Assembly: GCA_964234715.1 (NCBI GenBank)
Contig: OZ174279.1
DNA from: Podarcis melisellensis
Taxonomy: Eukaryota
Direction: 5' to 3' (one strand)
Length of the DNA: 64,000 nt
The position numbers and the translations under genes were made by a program. This document shows, one piece after another, positions 46,391 through 60,781 of the stretch (the first letter of the stretch is position 1; each line of letters starts with the position of its first letter). A model generated the notes under the pieces. The model ran no database searches and had not been told where the DNA came from. It saw only the letters and a list, made by a program, of their open reading frames with translations.

Positions 46391-47192
46391 AACTGTGTGT
46401 TGTAAGAATGACATGAGATTAATAATCCTCAGAGCTAAACCTTTTCTGTTGTCACTGAGTTTACATGATCAGTTTTTCTAGGGAAATGTTAATCCAGCAG
46501 GAAATAAAATACATGTTCATGTCATTCTCCCATAGTTTCCTGTGCAAAATGCACCTGATATATGGCAGAACCACATGTAAGGCAATATTACTTTTCAACA
46601 GCTAAATATTACAAGAGTGCATATCAGGTTCACCAAACTGGGGAGAGGGGAGGTGTTTGTGTGAACAAATAACCTTGGAAATCCTATCGGGTAGCAATTC
46701 CTTGGAGAATTGATTACATGAACTCAGTCTTGGCACCAGAGTAGGTAATTACTTTGTAAGTAAAGATTTTCTATGATGGGAGTTGCCTTCGTCTTTACAG
46801 CTTCTCTCCACTTTGTCGTCGGGCAGAATAACAGCCACAAGTAGCAATAACTGATTTAGCAGGTTTGGTCCTGCTCCTGCTAATGTAAGGGAGAGCAGTC
46901 TCATGGTGGAGGGGGGGGGGAGGGACAAGCCTAGTCAGATGAAATCAAGCATCCTTTTATCTTAATCTTTTATTTCTCCTCATCTCCCTTCTTTGCACAT
47001 CCTTTGTGGTTTTAGCATCTGAAAGCAAGCCTGAAAAGTAGTATCCATTTTGGGAGCCATTGTTTTTGTTCTAAATTACCTTTCGTCACTCTTGGTTTGG
47101 CACACCCTGTTCTGTTTCTCCATTTTTATGGAAAGCTCTTTCTCCAAGGAGCTCAGGGTAGCCTACAAGATTGCACACACACAAAAGCAAAC

Positions 47193-47417
47193 GTTGTTGT
47201 TGTTTAGTTGTGTTCGACTCTTCGTGACCCCATGGACCTGAGCATGCGAGGCACTCCTGTCTTCCACTGCCTCTCGCAGTTTGGTCAAACTCATGCTGGT
47301 AGCTTTGAGAACACTATCCAACCATCTCGTCCTCTGTCGTCCCCTTCTCCTTGTGCTCTCAATCTTTCCCAACATCAGGATCTTTCCCAGGGAGTCTTCT
47401 CTTCTCATGAGATGGCC
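47193..47417 (-). mobile_element. BovB LINE 3' fragment
   Basis: ORF 47163..47408 gives MRREDSLGKILMLGKIESTRRRGRQRTRWLDSV...LREAVEDR...VHGVTKSRTQL, the BovB C-terminus; (CAA)n tail. Confidence 0.9.
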
Positions 47418-50400
47418 ATTTCACAACAGACTTTGAGGTAGGTTTGATTGAGAAATCGGCCCAATATCACCCAGCAAGCTATACATAATTGAGTGGAGTT
47501 TTGAACCTCAGTCACACACAGGATAATCACACATTGGGTATACCTGGCTTATCTTCATTGTTCAAATTATTTCTATCATACACATACATTTAAAATCATG
47601 CACATGAGATGATAATATTTCCACCAGTGCTGTATTTTTTTTTGGGGGGGGGGGAGTCAAAATAAGAAGTTTGCTTGAATTGGTGCTGTTATCTGCAAAG
47701 CTGTGCTGTGCAAAAGTTGTACAGTGAAAGTCGTGTCTCTCATGATTAACTGCCTATGTTCTGCACAGAAGCTTTAGGTTTAACTCTGCACACTCACAGT
47801 GTCTGGGAAGGCTAAAAGCTTTGCACATTTGGGATGTTAATGAAAGGTTATGTCTTTCCTACTTTCATGGAGCATTTTGCAAGGCTAGTGCAGCTCCAAT
47901 GCTCTGTACCGTATCCAGGATGCATACCTCAAAGGAGACCAAAGCCTAAGGGCAGAAATAGCTGCAGTACTTTACAGGATCAAGTGCACTGATTTGGTAT
48001 GCCCGGAGGCCACGTAAAGTTTGTCACAATCCCCATGCTGATCATCCAGATGTAGCCTTTAGTCAAGTAGGTATTCCTACTGTTTTTGCATACAAGGATG
48101 TATCCTGCATCCATCTGCCATAGGCAGCTGTCAGAAATTGTGCTGGGAGTCTAGGAGGTCAAAGCAGGAGCCACACCTGTGGAACCAGGTCAGGAGCCAA
48201 TCAGCAAACAAACACAGAAGAACTTGAGCAGGAAGACTCTAATAGGTCTTTCCTATTTCAGAGGACCACTAGCCAACTTGGGTAGACAGGGCCAATACCG
48301 ACCCTGAGAATACTTCCCAGGAAGATGCCCCCAAATGCATTTCTGGGGGGCTGACCACATGGGGAGCCATGTACAGAACCAAGTTCTCCCAGTTTTAATT
48401 CCCATGGCTTTTGACAGGAGACTACATAAGAACAGTCCTGCTGTTTTAGACTATCTCGTCCAGCGTTCTGTTACCCATAATGAGGTACCAGTCAGGTGCT
48501 CCATGGATATTCCTAGGTAAGCCATAATAGACAAGGCCTTCCGTGTTATTCCTTCCCAATATTTAGATCTGAACATGGAATCTCTAGCTACTGTGGCCAA
48601 TATAATGAATTCATCTAATGTGTAAAACACAACAGTTAGTAGCAGTTACCATTTTGTTATAATTTATTCCATAAAATAATCTAATCGTGGTCTCTCTCTC
48701 TGTGTGTGTGTGTGTGTGTTCAAATGTTTTCTTTCTGTCTTAATCTTACTTCCCAGAAGTAGCTAAGAGAAGTATCCTCAAAGAACTTGCAACCAAGTAA
48801 AATTATTGTGCAAATCTATCTTTCAGCAATATGCAACATCCATTTGTATATCCATCTTATGTCATAAAAAGCAAACAGAGCCCTCCACATAAAATATAAA
48901 AGATACACAAGGATATAAAATAAACAAATGGATAATACACATGATTGCTAACACAAAACTACTGATGCAAATAAAGCACCTCTGGCTAGAGTTCTGTTAT
49001 GAAAAACAGGTAATTGGGTTGGGACTGTCAGCAAGAAGAAGCAGAGGATCTTTTTATTCAATTCTAGAAGCTGACAATAAATTGTAATATCAATGAGGCG
49101 GCACTGTCTTATCTAGTTGTCAGTTGATGTTTTAACTTCTATTTCCCCAGGACTTGAAAATTAATAATTGCTGTTTGCAGTACATATCACTGCTCCTGGA
49201 AGCACCATAAAATATTTAGAAACCCTAATGAAGTACTTAACTGTGTAATCTTATACATATCTACTCAGAAGTAAATCCAGTTTAGTTCAGTGGGACTTAC
49301 TCCCTGGTAAGTGTGCATAGGATTGCAACCCAAGTCATGTGGGCAGTATGTAAATAGGTATGCAAAGGGTGGGGGTCATAAAGCAATGATGTTGCAGGTC
49401 TTAAGCGAACTGCAGGACGGGTTAAATAACATGATCATTCAAATCAGTCTTTTTACCATTGTCTGACATCCAGCTATCCTTAATTAAATGCACCACATAA
49501 TTAATGGACTTTGTTGAATCTGATAGACTAAAAAGGATTATAGATGCTAACATTTTACCTCCCTTCCAAGAGGTGTTAACATGAATTTCTAATAAGACTC
49601 AGCTCAGCATAACACTTCCAGCTTTGTTTGTGAAGGATAAGTATACCTCTACTATGCAGACTATGACAAATGCTCCCCTTGGTCATAGCGGTGATTATTG
49701 GCCAATAGACAAACAATAGCATTTGTATCCTTGTGAATAGATTCTGATTGAGTTGTTTTATTTACAAAATAAATTGAAAATCACTAGCAAAGAAAAATTT
49801 CAGCACCACTAGATACACAGCTCTGGGAAAAGCGAGATTTTGATGCATCCTGTTAAATCAAATCATGGAGTATAATGATTTTTGTAAGCTACTCTGCAAT
49901 AATGTCCTAACTATGATGGAGCATGGAAATTATTGACCTGCCACTAGGGTTCAAAGTAGGAAAGGGAAACAAATTGTATGACAATAATCCCATCTCATTT
50001 TATTTTGCCGAAGAATTTCATATGTTTTTGTTGTGTTGTTTTATACATTTAGAGGTAGCTTTTGTGCATTGTATTTTATGCTCTTCTAAACATCTGAAAA
50101 ATGAAGGCTTGAAAACCAAGCAAAAATATCTTAAGGACAATCTTGTTGTGCCATACCAAAGATCTAGCTTGTGTGAAGTTTGATAGATTACATTAATTTA
50201 TTGGTGTGGAGCAAAAAGTTAGTGTATGTGTGTGTTTAAATTCTAAGTTTCCTTCCTTGGCCTCAAACTCTCACAGAAAGCCTAAGCCTCCTGTTACCTC
50301 ATCAGAGGATGGGTGCATTTTCTTCTTGCTTTTTCCTTCATGCTTTCTGGCTGTTATAGAAATAACTAATCAGACACTGCATTTGAAGTTCTCAAGTGCT

Positions 50401-50418
50401 TATGTGCAATTGTGATCT

Positions 50419-50750
50419 TAAAGGTAAAGGGACCCCAGACCATTAGTCCAGTCACGGACGACTCTGGGGTTACAGCATTCATCTCGCTTTATTGGCTGAG
50501 GGAGCCGGTGTATAGCTTCCAGGTCATGTGGCCAGCATGACTAAGCTGCTTCTGGCGAACCAGAGCAGCGCACGGAAATGCCATTTACCTTCCCGCCGGA
50601 GCAGTACTTATTTATCTACTTGCACTTTGACGTGCTTTCGAACTGCTAGGTTGGCAGGAGCAGGGACCGAGAAATGGGAGCTCACCCCGTCACAGGGATT
50701 CGAACAGCCGACCTTCTGATCGGCAAGCCCTAGGCTCTGTGGTTTAACAC
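50419..50750 (-). mobile_element. Sauria SINE
   Basis: aaaggtaaagggacccc...ggtcatgtggccagcatgact...tgctttcgaactgctagg. Confidence 0.9.
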
Positions 50751-51521
50751 CCCAGTCTTTACTTACCCCACCTCAAAACTGCCACCTAAATAATTGCATG
50801 GTAAGCAACATGATGTCACTTTTTTATTCTTCATAGGATATTTAAAAGATGGGGGAAATACATATTTGAGGGAAAGTAGTTTGGGATTGAGCAGTGTAAT
50901 ACTTCACTCCAAGGGTTTTTTCTCTGCAATTATACTGCCAGCTTTGTTCTAATGTGGTGCTACTAATGTGGTTCTGACTGGTTCCACAAGTTTCACAGGA
51001 ATCTACTTGGTCCTTTTTGTGATGTAATTAGCAATGAGTGACACAACTTCCACCTCCAATGGCATGTGTTGTTGTTGTTGTTTGATTGCTTTCATTCTTT
51101 GATGGGTATGTGCTCCCCTACTGTACAAGATCAACATGGGAACATTCATCTGTCTTCTTTTTAAGTGGCAAATGTCAGCACATTTGTCTTAACCACCTCC
51201 ATCAATCATGCCCCATTATTTGGCTGAAGCTTTTATTTAGTTTTAAGTAATTTTCTCTTTCTTTGGGGGCTATTCATTCAGCCTCTTCTGTGACAGACAC
51301 CCATCTTGATGTAAAAAGAAAGGCAACTTTGATAGACTACAGAAGGGGTGTTACATCTCCTACTGCCCTCATGACCTGTGCATTGGGTGCAGTACAGCTG
51401 ACATTTTAAAAAAGTAAAGTCTGATAGGAGTATTGTGCAAATACCAAAATGCAGTTTGGGCACTCTTTATGCATAAAGGTTCAGAGTGCTCATGGATTCA
51501 GACTGTGTTATAATTAATTCA

Positions 51522-51780
51522 CCGTATTTTTCGCTCTTTAAGATGCACCAGACCATAAGACGCAGCTAGTTTTTGGAGGAGGAAAACAAGAAAAAAAATA
51601 TTCTGAATCTCAGAAGCCAGAACAGCAAGAGGGATTGCTGCACAGTGAAAGCAGCAATCCCTCTTGCTGTTCTGGCTTCTGGGATAACTGCACAGCCTGC
51701 ATTCGCTCTATAAGACGCATACACATTTCCCCTTACTTTTTAGGAGGGGAAAAGTGAGTCTTATAGAACAAAAAATACGG
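51522..51780. mobile_element. 259-bp CCGTA-TIR MITE with a central long hairpin
   Basis: CCGTATTTTTCGCTCT...AAAAAATACGG|TA; close relative of 62153-62411. Confidence 0.88.
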
Positions 51781-54700
51781 TATACTATTACAGAACTGAT
51801 GGAGGTTGCCTATGTATATATGTGTGTTTTATTTTAATGTTTGGTGGCTTATACATATCCCAATAAATAAATTCAAATTTATTTCCACCAAATGCGAGAA
51901 GCCAGGGACCAGGAGATAAGTGACTTTTAATAGATGGGAAAGAGCGCAGAGATTGAGGATGGAGAAAATTCCAAGCGTGTGAAAAGGCAAGCAGAAAGGG
52001 ATGACAACAATGAAAAAATAGACACACGGGTCATATTAGGACAAGTCTAACAAGAGAAGGTGCCAAGTGGGGCTGCAAAGTGTAATCATAGCTAAAGGGA
52101 AGGGCAAAACTGTGAGAGAAGAGAAAAGCAACTGGAACGAAGTGAGAAAAATTAGACAGATGAAAGAAAATAGCAAAGGAAAAAACAGGATGCATTTGCC
52201 TCCCTGGAGATTATGTAAATAACTCTCTTTGACTCACACCATCTTTGGAAGCTGGTTCTGATAAGTGCTGTCAAGCCCTGGAAATGTCCATAGCTGATGC
52301 TTTAGAGATAATAATTATATATAATAAACATAGAACTGTGTGTGTATGGAATGAAACAGCTACTTGGCCAACTGAGATATTCAAATAACCCAAGACGTAA
52401 GGAGATGCTGCCTCAGTTTCTGTCCTTCACCAGTGGGATCCCTACCTCATCCATGGTGAGGCAGGTATGATATTTGCCCTTGGGAACAAGCAGATTCCCA
52501 TTTCTTCCTGCTGCTTCAGGAATTAATAAGAACTCTTAATGTCAGGTGAGAGGCATCATTTATGAACACAGTTGCTAGCTGGATATGCAGTCATTAAGCT
52601 GCACATTGATGTGTTGCATAAAGCTTTGCTTGAGACAGTTGCGTAGAAATCGCAAAAACAAAACAAAACCAAAAACCCTTTCTCCATTGTAGAAGTTGGA
52701 TAATAGATGTGATGGGTGAGCTCCTCCAGGCTTGCCTTCTGGCTAACTCAATTTTTCACTGCTTTCTCAAAGAACTGGGAAGAACTCTTGCTGCTGGTTC
52801 CTCCTGCGTACTTTAGGCCTGAGCACACTCAGAACAATCCAGGACCAACTAGGCCTTAACGATAAGGTTTGGTGACACCAATGAATGCTTACATCACAGT
52901 GACCAATTTAGAAGCAGGGCACAAGATGCTCAGGTTCAACTTATAGTTGTTGATTGCTTTCTCAGCTGAGAAAGTTTGCATTTCAAAGCCACCCTCAAAT
53001 TGTGGCACCATCACCAGAAAGCAGAAAAAAACCCTTTCGGAGCACCATCATTTTTGTTTAATTTTAAGCTCACAGCAATCTCTTCCTTTCCATACTGAGC
53101 CCGTAAGTTAACTATGGAGAAGAATGAAGGTCCATAGCTGTAAATGTGGGACTTGCAACCCTAGAGTTGCACTGCACATGCTGCCCTAGGCATGTGGCCC
53201 TAGAACAAATCAGCCCTGTGTGAAAGGTGGGAGCTTCTGTTGTATACCCACATATACCCATCTTTACATCTCAAGAACAGCCAATATGCTGTAAAAACAA
53301 TGTTTACAGTACACCAAGTCTCCCAAATGAAACCAACATGGCTGTAGTTTCCTTAAGTAGAACTTGAAGCAATTTGCATTTAGTTTCCCATGATGGAGTG
53401 GTTTTAGTGTCATCAAAATGTCAGAGTTTTTTTTTATATATAACAAATAATTTTCCTTTCCCCATACCAGCCATCTCATACGAATAGATAATCAGCCAGT
53501 GGATAATTTCTGCAGCAAGTGTCAAAGAAGGCAATTCCATTTTTGTACCCTATTAGAGAATCTGCGAAGATTTGTGACTTCTCTTCTGTGCTATATTGCT
53601 TTAAACTACTACTTGGCATGCTCTTGCACTATAGGGATGCACCTCTGAGCCTGCACTGCAAGGAGTGGATTGGGTTATTCCCCCCCCCCTCTCATTTTAA
53701 TTTCCTTCCTTGAACCAGTACATTTATTACATTAAAGAATTGCATTGCCTTACTGGGGGCACAGAAGGTCAAATAACAATTTATCTTGCAGTTGCATTTT
53801 AATCCTTTTTCACTGAGGTCCCCCCCCCCCACCGGTTTTTTAATATCTTTCCAGCCTTAACTTTCTAAAACAGCAGAAGGATACATATGGAGTGTATAGA
53901 ACTCCATAAACATGGTCATGTGTCCACTGTGCAGTCGTTTGACACCCCGTGACGCCCAGCTTCCTTGTAATGTCACCAGAAGCTGGGATCCCCTGACTTG
54001 AAAAGTCATAAAAGCCAAGGCTACTTGAGACAATGTGTTGGCAAGAGGTGGAACTGCAAGGGTTTGTATTTCTACCTTTGCTTCTCCTTTGGCAACTATT
54101 TCCAAACAAAACCATCTGTGTGGTCATGATAGAAAGAAATCACTCCGAATCATGGCTCTTAAGGTGGGAGCTTATATGGTTTAGATGGGTGCCCTTCTAA
54201 TGCATCATTATCCATTTTCCACAAATTCCTTGGAAGCCCTAGAAACATAACAAAATAGCGCAAAGTAATTTAACTTTATTTATTTATTTACAGTATTTTT
54301 TTATATCCCTTTCAGGCAGATTGCACAAAGCAGCTTATATAAGATGATTACAACAACAAGCATAGATGTATTTATTTTAAAGTTACAATAGAAAGGAAAG
54401 ATGCTGTTGCTGCATCTTTTCTACTCAGGGGAAAATAGTCCATCAGATGACATTGTGGTGATGGTTGCGGGGAAGGAGAAGCCCCTCCACGTGTATTCAA
54501 GCTGCATGTGTCCTAGGTACAAAATTTGGAGGATCCATGGAGAATTTTGAATTCTTTGGGAACCAAAAGCCAATATCCTTTAATTTGCCAAACTTGGGTC
54601 TCCAGCTGTTTTGGGACTACAGCTCCCATTATCCCTAGCTAGCAGGACCCAGTGGTCAGGGATGGTGGGAATTGTAGTCCAAAATCAGCTGGAGACTCAA

Positions 54701-55261
54701 GTTCTGGAAATCCTGCATCAGTCCCTCCAATATGAGACTTGGGTGATCCTGTCCCTATTTTCTTGGGAAGGAAAACACAAAGTGGTCTGATAGAGATGTA
54801 TGCTGAGGAGGCTTCCAAGATTTAGAGAATGGTAAGTAGGTTGGGGGGGGATGAAGTGGGAGCGGAAAGCAAGGCTTGAACGCCTAACAGTTGACAGGAT
54901 TTTGGAGGGGCAGATTAGGTTAGGTGGATGTGGCTCACTTCCTTCCCTACACCATATGGGAAGTTATTAAGCTGTGGGCTGTGGTTGAACTTCAATGGGT
55001 CCATGAACTCGGGTGCAAAAAAGATAAATGAATTCCAATGCAATTCAATAAATTGTATGCAGAACTTGGTTTGTGCATGAAGATTCATAACCTCCATCAG
55101 ATTCTGAAATGGGTCCATGAAAGGTTAAGAACCACTACTATATAGAGAGATTTGACGGGCGGGGGTGTTGCATTTTCCCTTTCTCACTCATTGAACCTTT
55201 CTTCCCCTCACTATACAGAAATATAGTGGCTATATTTTGATCTGGAAGCTTTTAGTTAGTT

Positions 55262-55510
55262 CAAGGGTCAGCAAACTTTTCCAGCAGGAGGCCAGTCCAC
55301 TGTCCCTCAGACCTTGTGGGGGGCCAGACTATATTTTGAAAAGAAGAAGAATGAATTCCTATGCCCCACAAATAACCCAGAGATGCGTTTTAAATAAAAG
55401 CACACATTCTACTTGTGCAAAAACACGCTGATTCCAGGACTGTCCACAGACTGGATTGAGAAGGTGATTGGGCTGGATCCAGCCCCAGGGCCTTAGTTTG
55501 CCTAACCATG
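55262..55510. mobile_element. hAT MITE, inverted homologue of 5017-5276
   Basis: CAAGGGTCAGCAAACT...AGTTTGCCTAACCATG. Confidence 0.78.
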
Positions 55511-56485
55511 AGTTTATAGTGCAGCTGGGCAGGTTTCAGAAGGGAGAGAATTCCACCTTCTGAAATGTCCCCCCAGCCACCCTTGATGTGAACCCACCCT
55601 TACACCAAAAGTGTTATCCAAGCTTCTGTTCCAGTCCTCCTGGAGCCTTGAGGAGGAACATTCTCACACTTCCAACTTCTGTTTCAGGTTTCCACTTATA
55701 TATGTGAAATAGCTAGTTCCAGCATTATGTTTTTGCCCCGTTACAATACAACTAAGAAACAGGAGGTAGGGTGAGATGATTTAGATTGGCGTAGACAATG
55801 TGGTGCCCTCCAGATGTTGTTTTCATCCCAACTCCCATCAGCCCTAGCCAGCATAGCTAACTGAGAGGAATGATGGGAGTTGGAGTCCCACAACATCTGC
55901 AGGGGACCATGTTGCCACCTGGAGTAGATTAAGGACTGGGGCAGTGTGGATGGGAGGTGGCTTGGCTACTGCAAAATTGGCTACACTACCCTCATTGGAG
56001 TGGTGCCCATGTAGTATGAGTATGTCAAGTGCATACCACACAGGTGTTTGTGATCCTCATTGGGTCCTTGCAATATGCATGCACCCTATTTCCCCCCACA
56101 TATCATAGTGACCAGCATCTTGCAGGTATATGACATATAAAGTTCCAAATGGACACTTAACTGCCATTTTGTGGACTTTGGAAGAGTTCATACCAGGTAT
56201 ATCATAGAGACAGTGTAATGACTGAAGAATGAATGTCTCAAATTCCTCTGAAAAATACTCTGCAGCTATGCAGTTGTTCAAAACTGAAATGAGAATAAAT
56301 TCCTCCATCTCAAAGGTCTGGAGAGTCATGAGTTGCTTTGGGCAGGTACATGTTTACTTCATTCGGTTGAGCTAAGTAAGTCAGGTTTTGTAACTGACAT
56401 ATTTTTACTTGTGAGCCGCCCCCTCACTGATTGGGTGGGTTAGTGTTGCTGCACTTCAAATATCTACTTCACATCAAGGAATGTA

Positions 56486-56735
56486 TAGTTGTACCTTGGA
56501 AGTTGAACGCCTTGCAAATCAGACATTTTGGCTCCCAAACACAGCAAACCTGGAAGTGATTGTTCCAGTTTGTGAACGTTCTTTGGAACCCAAACGTCTG
56601 TCACGACTTCTGCGGCTTCCAATTGGCTGCAGGAGCTTCCTGCAGCCAATCAGAAGCCGTGCCTTGGTTCCCTAACATTTAGGAAGTCGAACGGACTTCC
56701 GGAACGGATTCTGTTTGACTTCCAAGGTACGACTG
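56486..56735. mobile_element. Tigger-type MITE
   Basis: TA|TAGTTGTACCTTGGAAGT...ACTTCCAAGGTACGACTG|TA. Confidence 0.8.
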
Positions 56736-57549
56736 TAATTCCATTTTCTTCTCCAAAATGCGGCATCTCAAAAGAACATTCCTCCAAAGTGGATTGACTG
56801 CTCTTTGCAAACAAAATTTAGCTAGAGTTTACAGTGGACTTAAAATCTTTTTGTAAGCGTTCCCTGATATATAGTTGCTCAAATATATGTTTTTTTTATT
56901 ATTGTTGTTGTTGTTGTTGTTGTTATATATAAATATATTGTTCCTCCTAGTTGGAGTGCATATGCTTGCCATGGAAATCAATTGCTTGGACTCCCTGTAC
57001 TATACCATTTTTACATCCTTGATTGTGTTGTCATCCTTTATACCACACCGATGCGGTAAAAGGACTTTTAAAGTCCTTTCAGATTTGGTTGTATGCCCAG
57101 GTAGAGGCCGTTTTCCATTGCCAGACTACTTTTAGGCAACATCAGTTTGAATGATTGATGCCTCTAATGTATATACTATCTTAGTGACAAGTAAGTCTCA
57201 AACCTGTAATCATTTTGAATTATGCACATTATTTGCATAATTTATTATGATATGAACACTTGAGGTTTCATTAGAATTCGAAGGTGGCTTTTTCCTTTTT
57301 AGTTAGGAGAAGTAGTAGAAATAAATGAAAAGTTGGGATAAGCAGCATGGATTTTAGAAGCAATCAGAGGAAACTTGGAAGGCACAAAATGGAATTAGAA
57401 GACATACGGGATAAAAAATAAATTAAAAAAATCACCACCCTAGTTAAAGGAGCATAAACATCAAGATCTCCTGTAGTATCTGGGCCTTGAGTGCATTTAC
57501 CTCACATGTTGACAGATTCTATATAACCATGCCTGCCTTTCTCTCACTC

Positions 57550-58053
57550 TGTCATGGCTGGAGTCAGATACAGGTCAGCACGAAAGACACAGGGCTCAGT
57601 GGAATTAACTCTTTATTCAAGGAAGCGACATACAACTCAGCAACCCTTCCCAGTAGGTCTTGCCTTCCTCTCTTTCTAAGGCTACTCCTCTCTGGGATAT
57701 TTCCCAAGGAATCTTAGACTTCCTTGTCTCTGCGTACCTCTGGCCTCTGTTCTGTTCTCATGTTCCTGTGCATTATTGGAGACCAGGAGGGGAGCTTTCG
57801 CAGCAGAAGGGGTGCGTTCTCTGGATTCTTCAGCAGCCACTTGCCCTCCTTCCTCTATTTAGAGTCTGAACTGCTTTCTGTCACCGGCTCTTCCTGCTCA
57901 CTAAACCCTGTCTCCCCTTCAGCATTCAACCCCTTCTCCCAATCTTCTCCCTCCCACTGCCAATCCCCAGGCTCTGAGCCTTCCTCTGGAGGTTCCCTTG
58001 GGGGTTCCGCAGCTGGTGTGTCCCACCATTCTTTGTCTAGCTAGGCCCTGACA
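57550..58053 (-). mobile_element. Solo LTR (Gypsy-like, tentative)
   Basis: TGTCA...TGACA ends; 5-bp TSD cactc/ccctc; AATAAA on the - strand at ~57612-57617; motifs shared with 42838-43435 (tggtggga..ca.cagc, aataaagagttaa). Confidence 0.75.
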
Positions 58054-58073
58054 CCCTCACTATCATTGCATGT

Positions 58074-58119
58074 CAATATATAGTTTAGTCACTGAACAAT
58101 ATATAGTTTAGTCACTGAA
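58074..58119. repeat. Perfect 23-bp tandem duplication
   Basis: caatatatagtttagtcactgaa repeated twice. Confidence 0.9.
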
Positions 58120-59139
58120 CTATAATGATGCTCCCCAGATGTGTATGATTGCAATCTTTATGCCCTTTATTTTTTATTTTATCTACTAATTAAATTCTTT
58201 TTATCTTTTAATTAAAACATTTCCAACCAGCCCTATATCAATTGATCTTAGGGTGGGGTACACATATAAAATAGGGATAGCCAACACAGTGCCCTCCAGA
58301 TGATGATGGACTCCAAGTCCCATCAGCCCCAACCAGTATCTGTCAAGGAGGATGAGACATCAACAAAATCTGGAGGGCACCATGCTTGCTACCCCAATAT
58401 AAAACAATAATTCTACAAAGAGAACAAAAACATAGCCAGCCAGCAATAGTAGTCAGACACTAGGCAGATTCCAATACTAAACTGCAACCAATAAGATCCA
58501 AGTTATAATGTATTTATTGAGCATTGTGAAATGGGGAGGGAGAACAGAAGGTGGGGGAACTGCAAAATTCAGAGCCCTGCCAGGCACACAGCAGCAAATT
58601 GAAACATGCCCAGCTGCTTTTCATTATGTAACTATCAACATGTGGATAATCTGGGGCTTTTTAAACGGTGCTTCTTTAATCTCATTTCTGTACGAAAGGC
58701 TTGTTCACATACAAACCTATGGCTCAGGCTCACACAGTGCCCCCTCCCTCCATTGGTATACCTGTGCAGCTATTCCCCACCCCACCCCAAATAAGCCTGG
58801 CTTGTTTTTACATACAAACCTGAGTTTCTGTCTTAAAGCAAACACTAGTTTGAAGCTGACTTGTTTGGAAACTGACTAGAGCTTGTTTTAAACCACAATT
58901 CCTGGTTCCTACATAACAACAAGCTAAGATACCTTGAAACTAAAAGTATCACAACATACTTTTAATGACACGTTGGGTAAGGGGAGCACTCAATGCCAAT
59001 GCTTCATGCTGGATCATTCTAGTTCTTGCACAGACTGGTAACCATAGCTTTTTGGAGTGAAAAATGAGGTGCTAGATTTCAGATCTTCATAAAAGTGCCA
59101 TGGTTGTCAGCCCAAAATGACTGCCATGGGCAGAAAGAA

Positions 59140-59195
59140 AGGAAGGAAGGAAGGAAGGAAGGAAGGAAGGAAGGAAGGAAGGAAGGAAGGAAGGA
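59140..59195. repeat. (GGAA)n microsatellite
   Basis: Direct reading. Confidence 0.95.
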
Positions 59196-60506
59196 AAGGT
59201 CACACTACTCCTTGCTGGTGCTAACCGTGGTTTCATGCTACATGTGAACTGGCTAGAATGTGATCAAGACCAGATTATGGGTTTGCACATTTATTTGAAT
59301 GCATATCCAACCATGGCTTTATGATATAGAAAAAGGCCCAGGGAGAACTTTAGTTTAGATGTTACCTCATGAAAGGGGAAGGGGAAGAAACAGAGAGGAA
59401 AACTTGTTCCTAACACCATTGCATTTATATAAAGTTAAAGCAAGAGAAATAAAATTAGAATCGACTCCATATAATAATCACATCTGGCCAATGATGCGCG
59501 CGCACACACATACGCACACACAAATAATTATTAAGTTAAAAGTTTCTAGGAATTATTGAACATTTAAGCCTTCTACTGATATTTAAAAAATTGTGGTCTT
59601 TCTACTCCGAATCTTCAGTGCGGAGCAAGCACTTAACTTCTCAGCATCAACATGGACCTACAACTCAAAAACTCTTCATTTTCCACATTAACAGCCCAGT
59701 TCTCTGTACACTTACTCACTAGTTTATAACTCTTAGAAATGAGGCTGCAGCGTGTCAGATACATTTAATCGTACAACTATTGATTTAATATTATAATAAA
59801 ATAAGTCTATACATGTACGAGAAGAATATATTAATAATAATCTGTTGCTTCAGTTACTTGTCATAATGCCACCATCCAATTTAGAATGCTTCTGCCAGGA
59901 TAAAATTTCCATCCCTATGGTCTTGTTACACCTTCTCTTTAACCTCCTGACTAGCTCTTTTCTGCTTCAGCTTACAAATTCCATCCCCCAATGAAATGTC
60001 TTTGGAGATACCCATTAGATGTGTTCTGAGGTGAGCCAACTTCTCTAGTTCAAATAGATGTTAGGGTGCTCATCCAACTGGATGATGCAATTGGCAGTCC
60101 TGCCTAAGGTGTTATATATCATCAGTAATGATGCTTCAAACTGCTTGCATTTGTTGCTATTATAATTATTGTAAAGGACATTGTGTGCCTGTTCGGCGTG
60201 TTATTCCCCACCCCTTATTCGGCTAATCAGATACCTTATTTAGATTTTCTTAAAGCAATCGTCTAAGCCCCATTTAACAACATGACCAAGTATTTTCTGA
60301 ATTGAAAGATCCTCGTAGGGCAACAGATCATTACACATGGCCTAATATGAGAGATCTCAAACTGTTAAAAGCCAATCAAGCTGAAAAACAGTGGTCGTAT
60401 ATCTTGTTGTGAGCTTTAACAAATCTATGACCCATTGATTTCTACAGTAATAAAATGAAATATTTGCTGTGTGCTGATTATTTACGCTTGTTCTATTTAA
60501 TTGTAG

Positions 60507-60592
60507 TTTGAAAATGAGATCATCACAAAGCTGGATCATGAAGTAGAAGGAGGCAGAGGAGATGAACAGTATAAAGTGTTATTTGACAAAAT
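60507..60592 (+). CDS. DOCK1: DOCK1 internal exon (86 bp): FENEIITKLDHEVEGGRGDEQYKVLFDK(I)
   Basis: ttgtAG acceptor; GTAAGT donor at 60593; conserved KLDHEVEGGRGDEQY. Confidence 0.97.
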
Positions 60593-60781
60593 GTAAGTGT
60601 TGCTTTAGCAGTGCGATTTGTCTTAGAACATAGTCGAGAGAGATACCAATAAGATTATAATGAACTTTGGAGCCTAGGAATAATTAAAATATGTTAATGA
60701 TACAAAATATTTAAAATTACACCTTAGTCAAGTGCCTGCCCCCGAGTGTGATTAACAATGTTTTTGTAATTATATTTTCAG

